Assembly: GCA_907165135.1 (NCBI GenBank)
Contig: OU015567.1
Span: 2,170,001 to 2,234,000 of the forward strand
Reading direction: 5' to 3'
Origin: Oikopleura dioica
Taxonomy: Eukaryota > Animalia > Chordata
DNA: 64,000 nt
The notes under the pieces are model-generated. The model had not been told where the DNA came from, made no database searches, and saw only the letters and a program-made list of their open reading frames with translations. A program made the position numbers and the translations under genes. How positions within the stretch are numbered: the first letter of the stretch is position 1; each line of letters opens with the position of its first letter. This document shows, one piece after another, positions 36,095-48,936 of the stretch.

Positions 36095-38208
36095 ATGGAG
36101 CGCTCTTTCACCCATTTCACCACAACAGTTCAAAAGGACAGAATCATCGGAGGAGAGAACGCACAGAAAAACGCTTGGAAATGGATCGGTTATTTCTACG
36201 GCTGTGGATCTACCCTGATCGCGAATGATTGGGCCCTCACTGCTGCTCATTGCTGCACAATTCCAGCCTGGTACTTCAAAGGAAAGCAACTGTGCTTCGG
36301 AAGGGACGAGCGAGGAGTTCCAGCGCCGAATGAACAATGTGCCGAAATCGTCGATTTGATTCAGCATCCGCTGTATGATCGATCAGAAACTGTCCTCAAC
36401 GATATCTGCCTCATCAGGCTCGGGAGCAAAATTAAGTACACAGAAACTGTCGAGCCCTGTAAGAAATCGATCTGAAAGCTAATTTTTAAGAATTTCTAGC
36501 GTGCTTGCCGAGAATGGGCGCGTCATTATCCGAAAAAGATACGAAGGATGTCGAGTGCTTTGTCGCTGGATGGGGTTACAGACAAGAAGGAGTAGGTTCA
36601 TCTCTCCCATCGATTCTTCAAGGAACTGCGTTTTCTTTCACCATTTTTCAATTCCATTTTTATAGTTCCACTTTTTTTCTGAAACGCGCAAATAGATACT
36701 GATGCCAACATCTTATCAAATTCGACTTGTGACAAAGCCTACACGCAAGTCGACGAAAACGGCAGAATCATCAACTATTACCGTCGCGATGAAATGAGCT
36801 GTTTCGGCCACACCGATGGAACCCGTGACGCCTGCCAGGGAGACTCCGGAGGACCTCTTGTTTGCCTTGAAGATTCAGAAAACATTCCTGGAAGAAAGAA
36901 CCCGGTTTTGAGAGGTGTTGTTTCGTGGGGAGAAGGATGTGCCAGATTTGAGAAGCCAGGAGTATACGCCAGACTGTCAAACTACATCGATTGGATTCAC
37001 GAAACGATCATCGAGAAAGCCCAATCGCCAAGCCCGATTTGTTTGCTTCCAGAAAATGTGTTCGATATCAATACCAAAAATGCGCTGATCGACTGTGCTT
37101 GGGACAAATGCACTGTTCATTGCAAAAGTAAAAATCAAGATTAATTTTCTTGCCAATCTAAGTTTTAAGATCCCGACTGGACTCCAAGTCTGAAAACACT
37201 GACATGCAATACTCTCACCAAAAAGTACACAGAGGCAAAAATCACGACCCTCATTGATTGCGCACCAGATCCAGGTCCTGGAAACAAGCTATTCTCCGCG
37301 TGTGGCGCTCTCACGAGTCATTTTGATGTAGATCTAGAAAATTTAGACGTCAAGGTAATTCTTTCATCAAGAAAAATAAAGTAACGAGGAGTTTCTAGTG
37401 CAACGCGAAAGTCTGCAAAATCTACGCGAAGAACAAGAAGCTCTTTTCTCCAAGTGTGAATGTCATCAAATGCCAGCGTGGAAGATATGTTTTCAAGGGA
37501 GATTCAGTCAAAGCTCATCGTAAGTCTTCGCTTAAATGACCCATTCTTATCATTTTTGCAGCTGCTGGAACAACGACAAAAGCTTGTGGTGCATTCTTCG
37601 ACCGCTTCCCTGAAGTAGCCAATAGTGGAATCAAAGTCAGTTGCAAGCCAAATGCGTGCTTTTTGTCAGCCGATGGGGTCTTCCAAATTCAACCTTCGAA
37701 CAAAGTCATGTGCAAGAAGAGAGAATGGGTGATTAACAATAAAGTTATTGGATCATCAAAGATCGAGTTTTCATCGCAAACTTTCGATGAATTTGAGTAA
37801 GTTACTTTATGATTGAAAAAATTTGTAGTCGAATATTTCATGGTTAAAATTCATTGAATTTTAATCTTTTTTTTAATCCGATTTTGTATTTCAGTGATGA
37901 GCCACGATCGTTTAAAGCTGGAGTCGAGAATGGAATCTGCGGAAGAACTTCGGTCTGGGATTACGTCTTGCAGAAGACTAGGAAGGATTTGAGAGCACAG
38001 GGAGCAAAGGCTGTTTGTTCCCCAAGTTCTATGCCATCGAAGGTATGTGGTCTTGTTTTTCATCGTTTTCATCGATTTCAAGTGGACATGTCAAATTTAT
38101 TGCCCACCGAAAAACGGCGCATCTGCAAAGAAAACGGGCGTCCTTCTCTCCTGCAAGAAGAATTCCTGGCTTCCTGGAAACCTTCCCTCGGCGAAATTTC
38201 AATGCTAG
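36095..38208 (+). CDS. Trypsin-like S1 serine protease with four C-terminal Cys-rich modules (true start probably upstream)
   Basis: R|IIGG activation site, [24 protein letters not shown] (Asp in S1 pocket), [15 protein letters not shown]-terminal exons continue through GA|gtaagt (~37798) to ..SAKFQC stop at 38206-38208. Confidence 0.9.
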
Positions 38209-38489
38209 TCAACCTTTTCATAATATATAATATATTATATATTGTCTCTTTTCTAATGGCTAAATTTATAATAAAAGCGTTTTAATAAAAATCTTCCAAC
38301 TCAGAGAAAACGGTCAAATATCGTTTATTTACATCTGAAATAATACAGCTCACGAAAACGAAAGAAATGAATTTTGAAGAAACTTTTGAACTTGTGGAAG
38401 TGAAGCTAGATGAAGTGAGAAGTGAAATTATTGAGGAAGAACTTTTCGCCCAGCAGGTTTTCTTTTTACAGTCAGTCGGCTTAGTGAGT

Positions 38490-41400
38490 CTAAACCATGA
38501 GTTCCCTCCTGCTTGGTTGGCGATAAGAGTCTTCCTTCTCCATCTCCAGGTTCTAGCAAATAGTTAGAGGTGCGACTTAAGGGTGGTACTTACGTCTAAG
38601 TTGAGGAGAGCTCGTTTAATTTGGCTGATCCAGCTCATTTTCGTCTCCCTGTTGATAACAGAAACCATCAAATAGCGCCCTCCGGCGGACATTAGACTGA
38701 AGCGATTCATCTTTGTTTTTTCTTCATTGATTTTTAGACTTTCAAGGGGCAGTTCCAGTTTGAAGCTAAAATTGATGCTCTAGAAATTTTGGTGAGATTT
38801 TTCGGTACCTGTAGTTTCCATTTTCTTGTTTCTTACAGACAAGGAGACTTTCTTGATACAGGAACAAAAACCTCGTGATCGTCCTCATCGAAACCCGCAC
38901 CCTGCTCCGTTTCGTTTCAATCTCTACCTGTCCGAATTTTATCAACTTTCCGAGTTGGAAAACCGCGCCGGAATAACCGGTGATATTTTGGAGAGAATCA
39001 TTGACGGAACGGACGCATTTGAGCATTTTGGCAAGTGCGAGTTGGACGATTTCGGCCTCGTCCTCGGTTGTCGAGGTGCATTTGACCATTTGGTCGAGCA
39101 AAAGCTGGTATTTTGTGATGCGCTGATTCGGATAAAGATAAATTTAGCTTTAGCTTTCAATTAAGAAATACGTCTTTTTGTTGTCTAATACCGAGTTGCC
39201 TATGTTTGATTGAATGACCACACTTCTAGCGGAAGAAAAGACAAAATTCAAGAGATAAAAATCATTTTTGCGGTCTTCATTATTCCGAAAGAAATGACTC
39301 TTTGACAAAAATATCTCTAGAATAGTTTTAATTAGTTTCTAAATGAGCGACACGATGTCAAACATCGCCAAGCTGTCACTTCCGCTCGTTAGCTAGATAG
39401 ATTCCTGGCTCCTTCACCCTTTTGGAGGTGCTCAAATGAGCATGAGTCGTTAGGGCACCCCTAATGAGATTATCGCTGTCTATCCTCTCCTGAATGGGTT
39501 TCAACAAAAACGCAGTTATCGGCAGCGAATGTTTCAGCGAATTTTGACACTTTTTCAAAAACGCGTTGTCGACCCCGAGTTGTTGGCAAATCTGCTCGGC
39601 TTTCGCGGAGTTTTGGCAGTAAACAGAGTAAATGTCGAAATCGTCGATGAAATCAAGGAAGACTCGCGCCATTTTAGCCGGCGCGGGGAAAGCATCTTGC
39701 AGCTGAGGGAGGAAGGTTTGGGAGTGGAAGTTGAAAATGACGTCCAGGTTTCCAAGAAGCACGTGACTAAGAATAAAATTAATCGGAAGGTCTTTAAAGA
39801 TATCTTTTTACTGGATTTTGAAAAATTTTCTAGAGGTGTTATAAAATAAAGACTAAAAGTTTTATTAAAAATATATATTAGTAAAGTTTTTTAAATAAAA
39901 TTAATTTGAAATCACTAAAATTCAGTTTTTCTTGATTAGCCGAAAATCCTCAGTTTTTCAAAATGCTTATTCTCGTTAGAATTTACGATATTGAGCAAAA
40001 AATCTATTTTTTTTTCTATTTGAAAGCTACACCTATTATTGATTTGTTCGGGTAAAATTAGAACTCGAAAGAAATAAATCAAAGAAATCTTATAAATTGT
40101 GAGCTTCTATTTTTTAGATTTAGAAAATTGGCGTGTTAGAAAAGGGCCTTTGTGGTCAGCTGCGCGGTTTGAGAGAGTGAAGTCGGCCTCCGTGACATAA
40201 TCTCATACTTGCCACGCTCCTTGTCATTTCAATACAGATGATTGCACTTTGTTGAAAAAACCAACGCGAAGTGCGGCTGATGCTCTTGATTCTTAAATAT
40301 ACCTTTTTCCGCGGAGAATTTCAGGGCAGTCGAAGGATTCGGAATCGATCATCTCTCCATAACCTTGGAGAATTTCTTCGATTTCGCGAATGTAGATCTT
40401 TTCGGATTCTAGCAGCTCGCTCAGGACATTGTCGACCTTTTGAGGGCTTAAGAGGTCTTCGTCGGCGGATAAGGAGCTCTTGAAAATGGATTGAATTCGA
40501 TTCATTTGTTGAAAAACTTACGGCAGAGCTGGACATAACAACGGCAGAGAGAGAAGTGTTCAATCGCATCGAAGTGAGCTTGTCAGTCGATTTGTCTGTT
40601 CTCGGCGGTCTCGACTTTCTCCCTCAATCATTTTGCTTTTTGAGGGAGAAGAGCTTGATAAACTGCACTCTTCGGAACTTTCTTCGGTCGAAATATACTC
40701 CGATGATTCTGCCTGGCTCTGAAGAACAATTGTTAAAAAATAAGGGTGTCACTTCATTATATTTTCGAGAAAATTTTCCTTGGAAAGAAGGCCTTGTTTT
40801 CCCCTAAATTAGTTATTTTCTGATTATATGACGCAATTTGCGGTCAAATCAAACATCCCGTTAGCTGCTGCGAATTTTTTAATTGCTTTTGCGATCGCTG
40901 TTCGACCCGTAAGAAACCTGCTTTTACGTGGAATACGCTTGTCCCGAGATTTGTTTTTAAAATGATTATTGCATAAGTTCAAAATTCAAAAGAACGCGAA
41001 ATCAACTTTTGCGGGGTTTAAAATTTTTCAGAAAATTGGCTCAATCACGCAAACGCGGAAAGACACGTGACTGATTTTTCTAAGAGAAATTTGAAAAACC
41101 TAGTTTCGAAAATTCTCTTTAATTTTCCATTTAAAAAATCCTACCATAATGGATTTTTCTTTCAGTGAGTTTCTCTTTCAATAAAAAAAAATCAATAATT
41201 AATAATTATTAATTATCGTGAAGCTAAAAGAGATTGTCTTCATTCTGAAAAAGACCGATTTCGCTATCGTAGAACCGAAAATATTCTGACAAGCAAAAGT
41301 CGTTCTCCTGCCCAAAGACGACTTGAACAAAATGATAGCCAATTATCTTGTTGTTCTTTTTGACAGATGCAATGAAACGTTCCTATCGTTTTCTCGCCAG

Positions 41401-44400
41401 AAGATGTTACTTTCAAAATTGAATAATTGAAAGTAAGGTTCTTCCTCTGAAAGCCAAAGGGAGAAAACTTACATCGTCTCTAGAAATCTCCTGAAGTTTC
41501 GGATTTTTGACGACAATCCTTGGCTCCACCGGCGCAATCGGAACTGGCTTCTCTTCAATTCTCACCAATAAAATTTTCTTTTCGTACTGCTCGCACAGCT
41601 CGTTTACTTGCTCACTATTTTTCGCAAGTCTTTTTCGAAGTCAAAGGTAGAATATTATTTTAAAAGGTAAAATCTGCGCACTAAAGTGGCCATGTGTTTC
41701 GCTTGAGCTCTTTTTCCCAGACTCAATCAGGGTTATTCACAATTTTTGCGGGGCAACGACCTTAAATCACGATTTTCTTTATCAAAAATGATTTAATCTT
41801 TTTATAATTAAAATTTTTCTTGACTTCTTTCCTTGTTGAATACTGCAGCCTCACGAAAGCATCATAATCTTCATTTAAAATCTTCAATTTTCTTCCCTCT
41901 TCGAGCTAATTTAAAAAATAATTGTTTTTCTTTTCGTTTAGTCACTTGGCTTCTCACCTTCTGTTCCAAGAAAGAAGCTGAATACTGGACGGCGTCCGAC
42001 GCTGCTCGACAAAGAATCTATCAAGGGCTCTCTATTTGAGCTCCTGAGCTCATGCTGGGCCACGCTGACGTTTTTATGACGAAAAGGAGAAAAAGAGAGG
42101 GCGAAAAGCACAGAGTGGTTGAAAAGTGGTCGAGTACGCCCGGTTCTACTTCCGATCCTCTTCCCCTGAGAATATTTACCAAGGCAAACGTTTTATTGGC
42201 CTCCCCACCCTTATTTTATTGAAAAGTTTTTATGAATATTTTTGCGAAAATTTGAATTTTTTCTTTTAAATTTTTAGTCATTTTTTTTTTATAAAATATA
42301 AATTTTGAAGTGCTTATAATTGAATTTTGTGAACTCTAGAAATTACAGAACACGGTAGTTTCTAATAGACGTGACCAAATATGCGGTCGCCACACCAAAA
42401 GGCGTTAAACTTTGGTGAACGACACCAAAACTGGATTTTGCGGGCATCGGAAAAAAGAACAAACAAATTTCCATTTTCTGGAATTATTACGACTTTTTCT
42501 CAGAAGTGAGTCCTTTTCCTTTGATGCTGATTCCCACCAATCTAGGGCGGCTTCCATATCGCGATTGGCGGCCAAACCGAGTTCTAGTTTTGACCGACGG
42601 TCTTCGGAAGAGTCCTCGATTCGGGTGATTAGGTGCTAGAAAAACCAGTCATTTGAGAGCGCTGTAAACAAAACTTACCTTGACATCGTCGCATTTGGGA
42701 GCAACAGAGTCAGAAAGATAGATCGAAATCTCGTGGGCTTGGTCGAGCAGAATTTCCGCTTCTGATTTTTCGCGTTGAAAAAAGTAGCAAGTTAATATCT
42801 GCTCATTTTTATGTTTACAAGGCTGAGAAATTCGCCCCCTCCCAATTTTATAATTTTCATCGAGCAACCAAGCAAGTTGCTCATCACGTTAGTAACAGTT
42901 TTCAACGCTGGTCCTTTGATGGTGTCTTGACTTTCGACTCGGTATTGGCGGTGCAGACTGATGAGTTTTTCGATCCATTCTGTTCCGAGACCGTATTCGG
43001 TTGAGGAGAGTTTTTGCTCGTGTGCTTTTAATTTTACTAAAAAAGATGAGATTCAGAGATTCTAGATTCATTTTTTGAACATCACAAAAAAAAAATTTTT
43101 AGAGCAAATTTTTTATTTTTTCTTTTCGAAACAATTGATAAGACATTAAGAGCCTTACAACTGTATATGGAGTTGCCCCAATTTGTAATAAATGTACTTT
43201 TATATTATTTTCCTAATTGAAACCATAATTTCATCGTATCTTGTATTCGTGGTATGGGCTGATTCTTCGGCAAGGCCGAAGAATTGATGCTTTCAATAAC
43301 ACTGATTCTTCGGCTAATTGAGAATTGCCTTGAACCGAAGTATTAATAATAAAATTGACAGTGATTCTTCGGCAAATTTTCTAGAAGCCATTATCAAAAT
43401 TCTTTTGATAAATCTTTGATTGCAATCTATGAGTCATCACTTATGAAAAAAGGCATTTTCTAGAAAAAAACACATTTTAGCAATAAGTACTTTCTATGAT
43501 TTGAGGTTAGTGTTAGGGGGCACTGGGCAAAATGACAGAACTAACTCACCCGAGGGGGATAGGCTAGGGTTAGTTAGGGTTACCGAAGGTAACCCTAAGT
43601 AACCATAGACTAGACCCCGGCATTTTAGGACCTAAGGGGCGGAGCCCCGTGGTTAGGGGCACAGGAATCTGTGAATTAATTCATCTTAGCCGAAGAATCA
43701 GTGCATCTTTTATCACTCATTCTTCGGTTTATGCCGAAGAATCAGTGTTCTTACACGCATCAATCCTTCGGCCTCCAAGCCGAAGAATTAGGCCGTATCA
43801 CCCTTGTATTACGCTTAGAAAATGTTTTCCGATCAAACACGCCGAAATTAATTCAATTTGATTTTTAGAGGCTTACCAATGATTGTACGATAGGAGACCT
43901 CAAATTTGCGGAACGAGCAGGCAATGTCCATTCTACACTTGGTTCATCACTGCCAATTACAGTCAGATTAGAGCTTTTCCAAGAAGCGGAAAAAGTGAAA
44001 CATCAGCGGAAACGAAATGAAATGTGGTTTACAAGCCGCCTTGATCTTATTAGACACTGGTTAGCTGGTGACTTCAAATTTGCAAATATTTAGCCAAATG
44101 CTTGAAATCGCTCCAGAAACTTTCAAAACTAAACTTTTTTTTTATCTCTTTTTTGAGGTTAAAAAGTGATGAACCATTTTCCTTTGAGAATGCGAGCTCC
44201 AAACAGCACTTAGATTTGAATTCAAGTGCTTCAGTTTTAGCAGCAAATTCTCCAGTTCCGCGACATATTTCGCGCTGCAAATTTCTCTCACCGAATCGCT
44301 CAACTGATCTCCTTCGTTGATCGAGTCCAAGAGCTCGTCCATCATCACTGAAGAAAAATTTTGAAGATAATGACGCGTATTGAATAATTTAATGCGCCGA

Positions 44401-45950
44401 ACCAAGGTGTCTTTCGTTCGTCAATCATTTACAAATACGTATATGTGACGGACTTAATTAAGCTTATTCCATTAATTTCCAAATTGAGGAAAAATGTATT
44501 CGAGTCGACAAAAAATTGCAACAAAAATTTTTAACGACATTTTTCTGAAACCTGATTGTCCAATCTATTGAATCAGAGAATTTGATTGGTCTAAAATTTG
44601 ATAAAAATTTTGTGAAATTTGTCGCATATTTGTCGATTCGTTCGAAATTATGAGTAAAAAATTGATTCTTATCAACCAAAAAAAAAGCGATAATGGTTAT
44701 TTCCTTTGCCTTCCCTTAACTCCCCCCACACTTATAATTCACGGCTTACCGAGAAACTGATGATTCTGAGCTTCTTTTTGCACCACACACTGATGCTCAT
44801 CATTTGGCATTTCTACTTGGTTGATTTTTTTGACGAAAATGTTGACTTTGTCGAGAAAATTCGCAACTTTAATCCTGAAATCGCAGAATCGCTCCGAACA
44901 TTTCAGCTGGAATTCGACTGTGCAGTGATTTTTCCCTCCAATATCCTAAAAAATTTTTATCGAAAAAGAATAGCAAAAAAAAACATGTATTTTTGCATAT
45001 TTTTTGACAAGAAAAAAGCACGTGTTCTCGGATAACAAGGTTCAAATTATAATTTTCAAAGGTGTCACGTTTTGAAGAACTTTGTTTTTTTACCGTTGAG
45101 ATAAATTCAGGATCGATGTGTGGTAGAACCTGCTCGAAGTTTTTCAAAAATTTGATGTTCGTTCGTTCTGGAAAGCCCAGATCAACAAAACGAATTGTTG
45201 CTTCGGAGAATATTCGCTGCAGGCCACCGGGACGAAGAACGAGAATCGAAGACAGCTCAATTTTCGAGCCTTGTAGTGTTGCTAAAATTTCCTTCACATT
45301 TGACCAGTTTGAAGATCTCCTATCAATCAGGACTGCGTACGGGGCTTGCGAGCTGAAAAATAAAATAAAATCAAAGTCCGAAAAATAACAAGATGAGTAA
45401 GCAGTAAACGGACGAAGATGCACGTGAGTAACGAGGTTAGCTCTTTCTTCCCACTAGAAAAACTAGCAGGTGGCGAGAGAAGTTTTAAAATTGGACTGGA
45501 GCCGAAATATCTCGGGATTATAATTTTTTTTTTCTTTTCTTTCAATTGAGTTACTTTTTTCTGGTTAAATTTTTGAATAAGAAAGACAAGATATTTTCTA
45601 GATTTTATACAAATTAACTGAACACCAGAACTTTCTTTTAATTCTTTTTATATAAATATTTTCGGAATCAATAATCGTCGAAATGATAAAACAAAGATAT
45701 CTCAACATTAATTACTGCTGGTTGCATAAATTTACTGCTCATATTTCAAACCGTATTGCTTACCTCCTCGTAGCGTAGTCAATAATCTCAGTCCAATTCT
45801 TCGAGTCAATATTCTCCAAATTGGAATGCGCGTTGGGGAGTGCTAGCAATGATCTCCCGCTGCGATCACGGCCCGAGATAAAATGAACATATCCTGCTGC
45901 CAATTTTTGAAGTTCACTTTCAGTCTTTTCGTGGCGCTCAAAAACTGGAA
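38490..45950 (-). CDS. Dbl-family RhoGEF (CRAL-TRIO/SEC14-like, spectrin repeats, DH-PH), MCF2L/Dbs-like
   Basis: ISGRDRSGRSLLALP (~45830-45890); VLIDRRSSNWSNVK..ILVLRP (SEC14-like); spectrin-like exons at 41000-44400; DH VLSELLESEKIYIREIEEI, LLGNLDVIFNFHS, YCQN, LLKPIQRITKYQLLL; PH RFLFLYQESLLVCKK..SWISQIK. Ends approximate. Confidence 0.88.
43250..43802. mobile_element. Degenerate inverted-repeat element with TTCTTCGGC/GCCGAAGAA repeats and internal TTAGGG-like tract, intronic
   Basis: Arm GATTCTTCGGC..GGCCGAAGAATTGATGC..AACACTGATTCTTCGGC at 43260-43315 is mirrored at 43690-43795; TAGGGTTAGTTAGGGTTACC at ~43565. Confidence 0.55.
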
Positions 45951-48837
45951 AATCATGTGATCATTCTCCCTTTATTCGGGTTTATGTAGAATCATCAGAA
46001 GAATCAAGATCTTCTGAGAAAAAGAAACGTTGAAAAAAAGGGTTCAGTGGGGTTAAGAATGTTGAGAGTTTGAAGACGTGCAGTTTGGGGACATGGAATG
46101 TCGGCAGTGTATCTTTCGTTTTGTTTTGCGAGTTCCAACACATGACCTGCTCATTATCGCATATTAGGCGACTAGTAAGACATCTACTCGAAATTTTTCT
46201 TCAAAATTTTTCATGAAAACGAAGAGTTTTCTCATTGGTCGAACAAAAAAACCTAAAATATGGCTCTTTATTAAAAACAAGTTAGAATTAATTCCGGGTT
46301 AGGCTTGGCTTAGCCAATCAGAAGCTTCTATAACTGATATCAGCCAATGAGAAGCGTGTATTCTTTAACACTTCCACTCAAAGGCCCTTACAAACGAAAG
46401 ACAACGAAAAAAGCACCTTCATTATTCAGAAATAATCCAATTCTAGAGGAGCTTTTCGCGTTCGCCAATCAGCGAAAACGCAACGAAAAAATGCACTCAA
46501 GAATTTGGTTGAATATGATTGAGGTTTGTCGCTGACATCATCAAGAATTCTGAATTTTAATTCAGCGGAATTAGCGATTGAAAATAGTCTTGGCAGCTGT
46601 GAGCACGTTTAATGCTGCTCCTTCCACGTGACCTTGGGAAGAAGAATTGGACGCATTAAAATTGGTTAAGCCATTCTTGAATTCTTGAGCGCCATTCCTT
46701 GATAGTTCCATCCACATAGCTTGAGAGTTGAATTAGGCAGGCTTGGAAATCAGAAGTTGCTTCTTCTGTGAATTTTGTCCATCCTCGCATTCTGAAAAGA
46801 AGAATTAAAAATTTTTACGATTAAAAAATAACTAAAATCTTCCTAATTATAATCCTGAATTTCGGAAAAGCAAACTCTGATTATTTATTCATCCCACGTG
46901 GGGTCCGTAAATCTTCCTGGCCTGAAAATAAACGAAGAGTTCTGGAGAAGCCTACTAGCTTTTTCAACCCCTGTAATTTTCGCAAAATAAATTCTTACGA
47001 AAATCTTTATACTTTGCACTAGGGACTCAACTCTTTTTCAGACATTCTCTGATCTTCAGAATGACTGCTGAGCCCTTTTACCAAGGCTTTTATATCATTT
47101 TCTTCTTTTTGAAGGTTAATAAAAAATAAAAATATGCCTCCGATTCAGAATTCTCTCCCAAGAGAAAGAAAAAAAGAGAGGAAAATCGACTCTTGCCGTT
47201 GTGTTTCGATTCATTGTCACGGTGCCTCCCTGTCTTTAATATTGATCCATTCTGAGAAAATAGTCATAAATACAGTCATTTTTCAGACTTTATTGAAGAA
47301 ATGAAAAGAGTTAAAAATACACTCCTGTTCTCTTTTATAATTCAAATCCGATTTTAAAGACATTGCGATTTTGACCAATCAAAATCCTTAGAAAATCTTT
47401 CCAGCCAATCAAAATTCTCAAATTGGCATATAAGCAGTCTTATTATCAAACTTGCCGAATTCGGAATTTTCTCGAAACCTTCTCTTTTTTGTAAATTTTC
47501 AAACTGTTATTCTAATTTTAAAGTTAGTTACAGTCGTTCTTATGTAGGATTGTTATTGAGAAAAAATCTTATCAAGAGAGCAAGTGTGAAAATCGAGATA
47601 CAAAGACCTGATTATCTAAAGCAAGTTATGCAGACTGAAAAACTCGTTTGCCGTCTACGCATTTATAATTTTTAAGTAATGATATTTTTAAAATATTGGA
47701 GAGAATTGAATTTTCCCGCAATGTTTTGATTGCGTGATATAATCGCGTTTTCCGCGATATTTCCGGAAGCGCGAAGCTGTTGACAAAACTCTTACCGATT
47801 TGCTCTTTTCTTATCATTTCGCTTTTTTCGGGGTTGCGAAAACAGACTTCTTCTATTTGATAATTAATGGTAAATATTCTTTTAAATAATTTTCTTTCAA
47901 AAATATAATTCTTTGAAGAAAATATTTAATCTTCAAAACAATCTCATTTTCAACAGCATCAACGATTGATAAGGAAAAAGTTCATCAGGCTTTTTATTGG
48001 CCAATCAAAGAAATTCCGGTTTTCACGATTGGCCAATAAGAAGGACGGATGACAGTTTTCGTTATCAATCGTTCTCCTTGAAGAAAATGTTTAAGCTCTA
48101 GAATTCTCAACCCTTGCAAATGCCGAAAAACTCTCCCGAATTTGTTCCTTCTCGATTTTATCTCGATCATCCTTTTTTCTTTCTCTGTCAATTTTTCATA
48201 AAAAAATTTATTTCTACAATTCGCCAATTCGATAATTTTTCTAAATGCAAATCTCTTCCATTACAAGTCGGGGTAAAAATAAACCTCTTTTTCCTTCAAC
48301 TTTATTTTTAGCCTCAATTCAACAAACGCGCTTTTTGGTACTTATTCAAAGCGGTTTATTTTTCCATTTCCATTTCCAAGGTCAGGTTTTTTAGAAAACT
48401 GCCGGTTATCAAAACCAAGATCCGGAACACATCAGCCCTGAAACTAAATACGACCCAAAGTTGGACTCCGAAACTGCGGTTTTCCCTCAATTTGAGGCCT
48501 TGAATGACTGTATATTCAATACTCACGTGGCATATTTGAACCGATTCTAGCGACAATCAATTGAAAATCAAAACCAACAATTTTCACATTCACGAAATTC
48601 GACTTTTCCAATTTGAAAATCATGTTGTTATGTGCTCTTATCTTGAGATTTTTGAACCACCCTCTTATCCAAAAATTTCGCTCTCTAGAATTTTCGAGCG
48701 TTCTATACAGATATCGCGGGGGAGATGCTTATCAGGGAAATTTTATTTGGGCGGGCAGGGATTATGACAATATCTGATGAAGATTATGTAACAAGAAGAA
48801 GAAGAGTACAGATAAGTTCAGTCTGGGTTCGGTTACC

Positions 48838-48936
48838 TGTCTAAAAACCTGAGTCAGGATTTCTTATAGAAAAAGAGCCAAATAAAAATACTAACCCTAA
48901 CCCTCACCCTTACCCTAACTCTAACCCTAACCCTAA
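48838..48936. repeat. AAAACCTGAGTCAGG arm plus degenerate (TAACCC)n tract
   Basis: ctaaaaacctgagtcagg ... taaccctaaccctcacccttaccctaactctaaccctaaccctaa; related to 22896 and 28612. Confidence 0.7.

Noticed and set aside
48890-48936. True telomere or chromosome fusion site
   Set aside because: Fewer than ten degenerate units, attached to a dispersed repeat arm.
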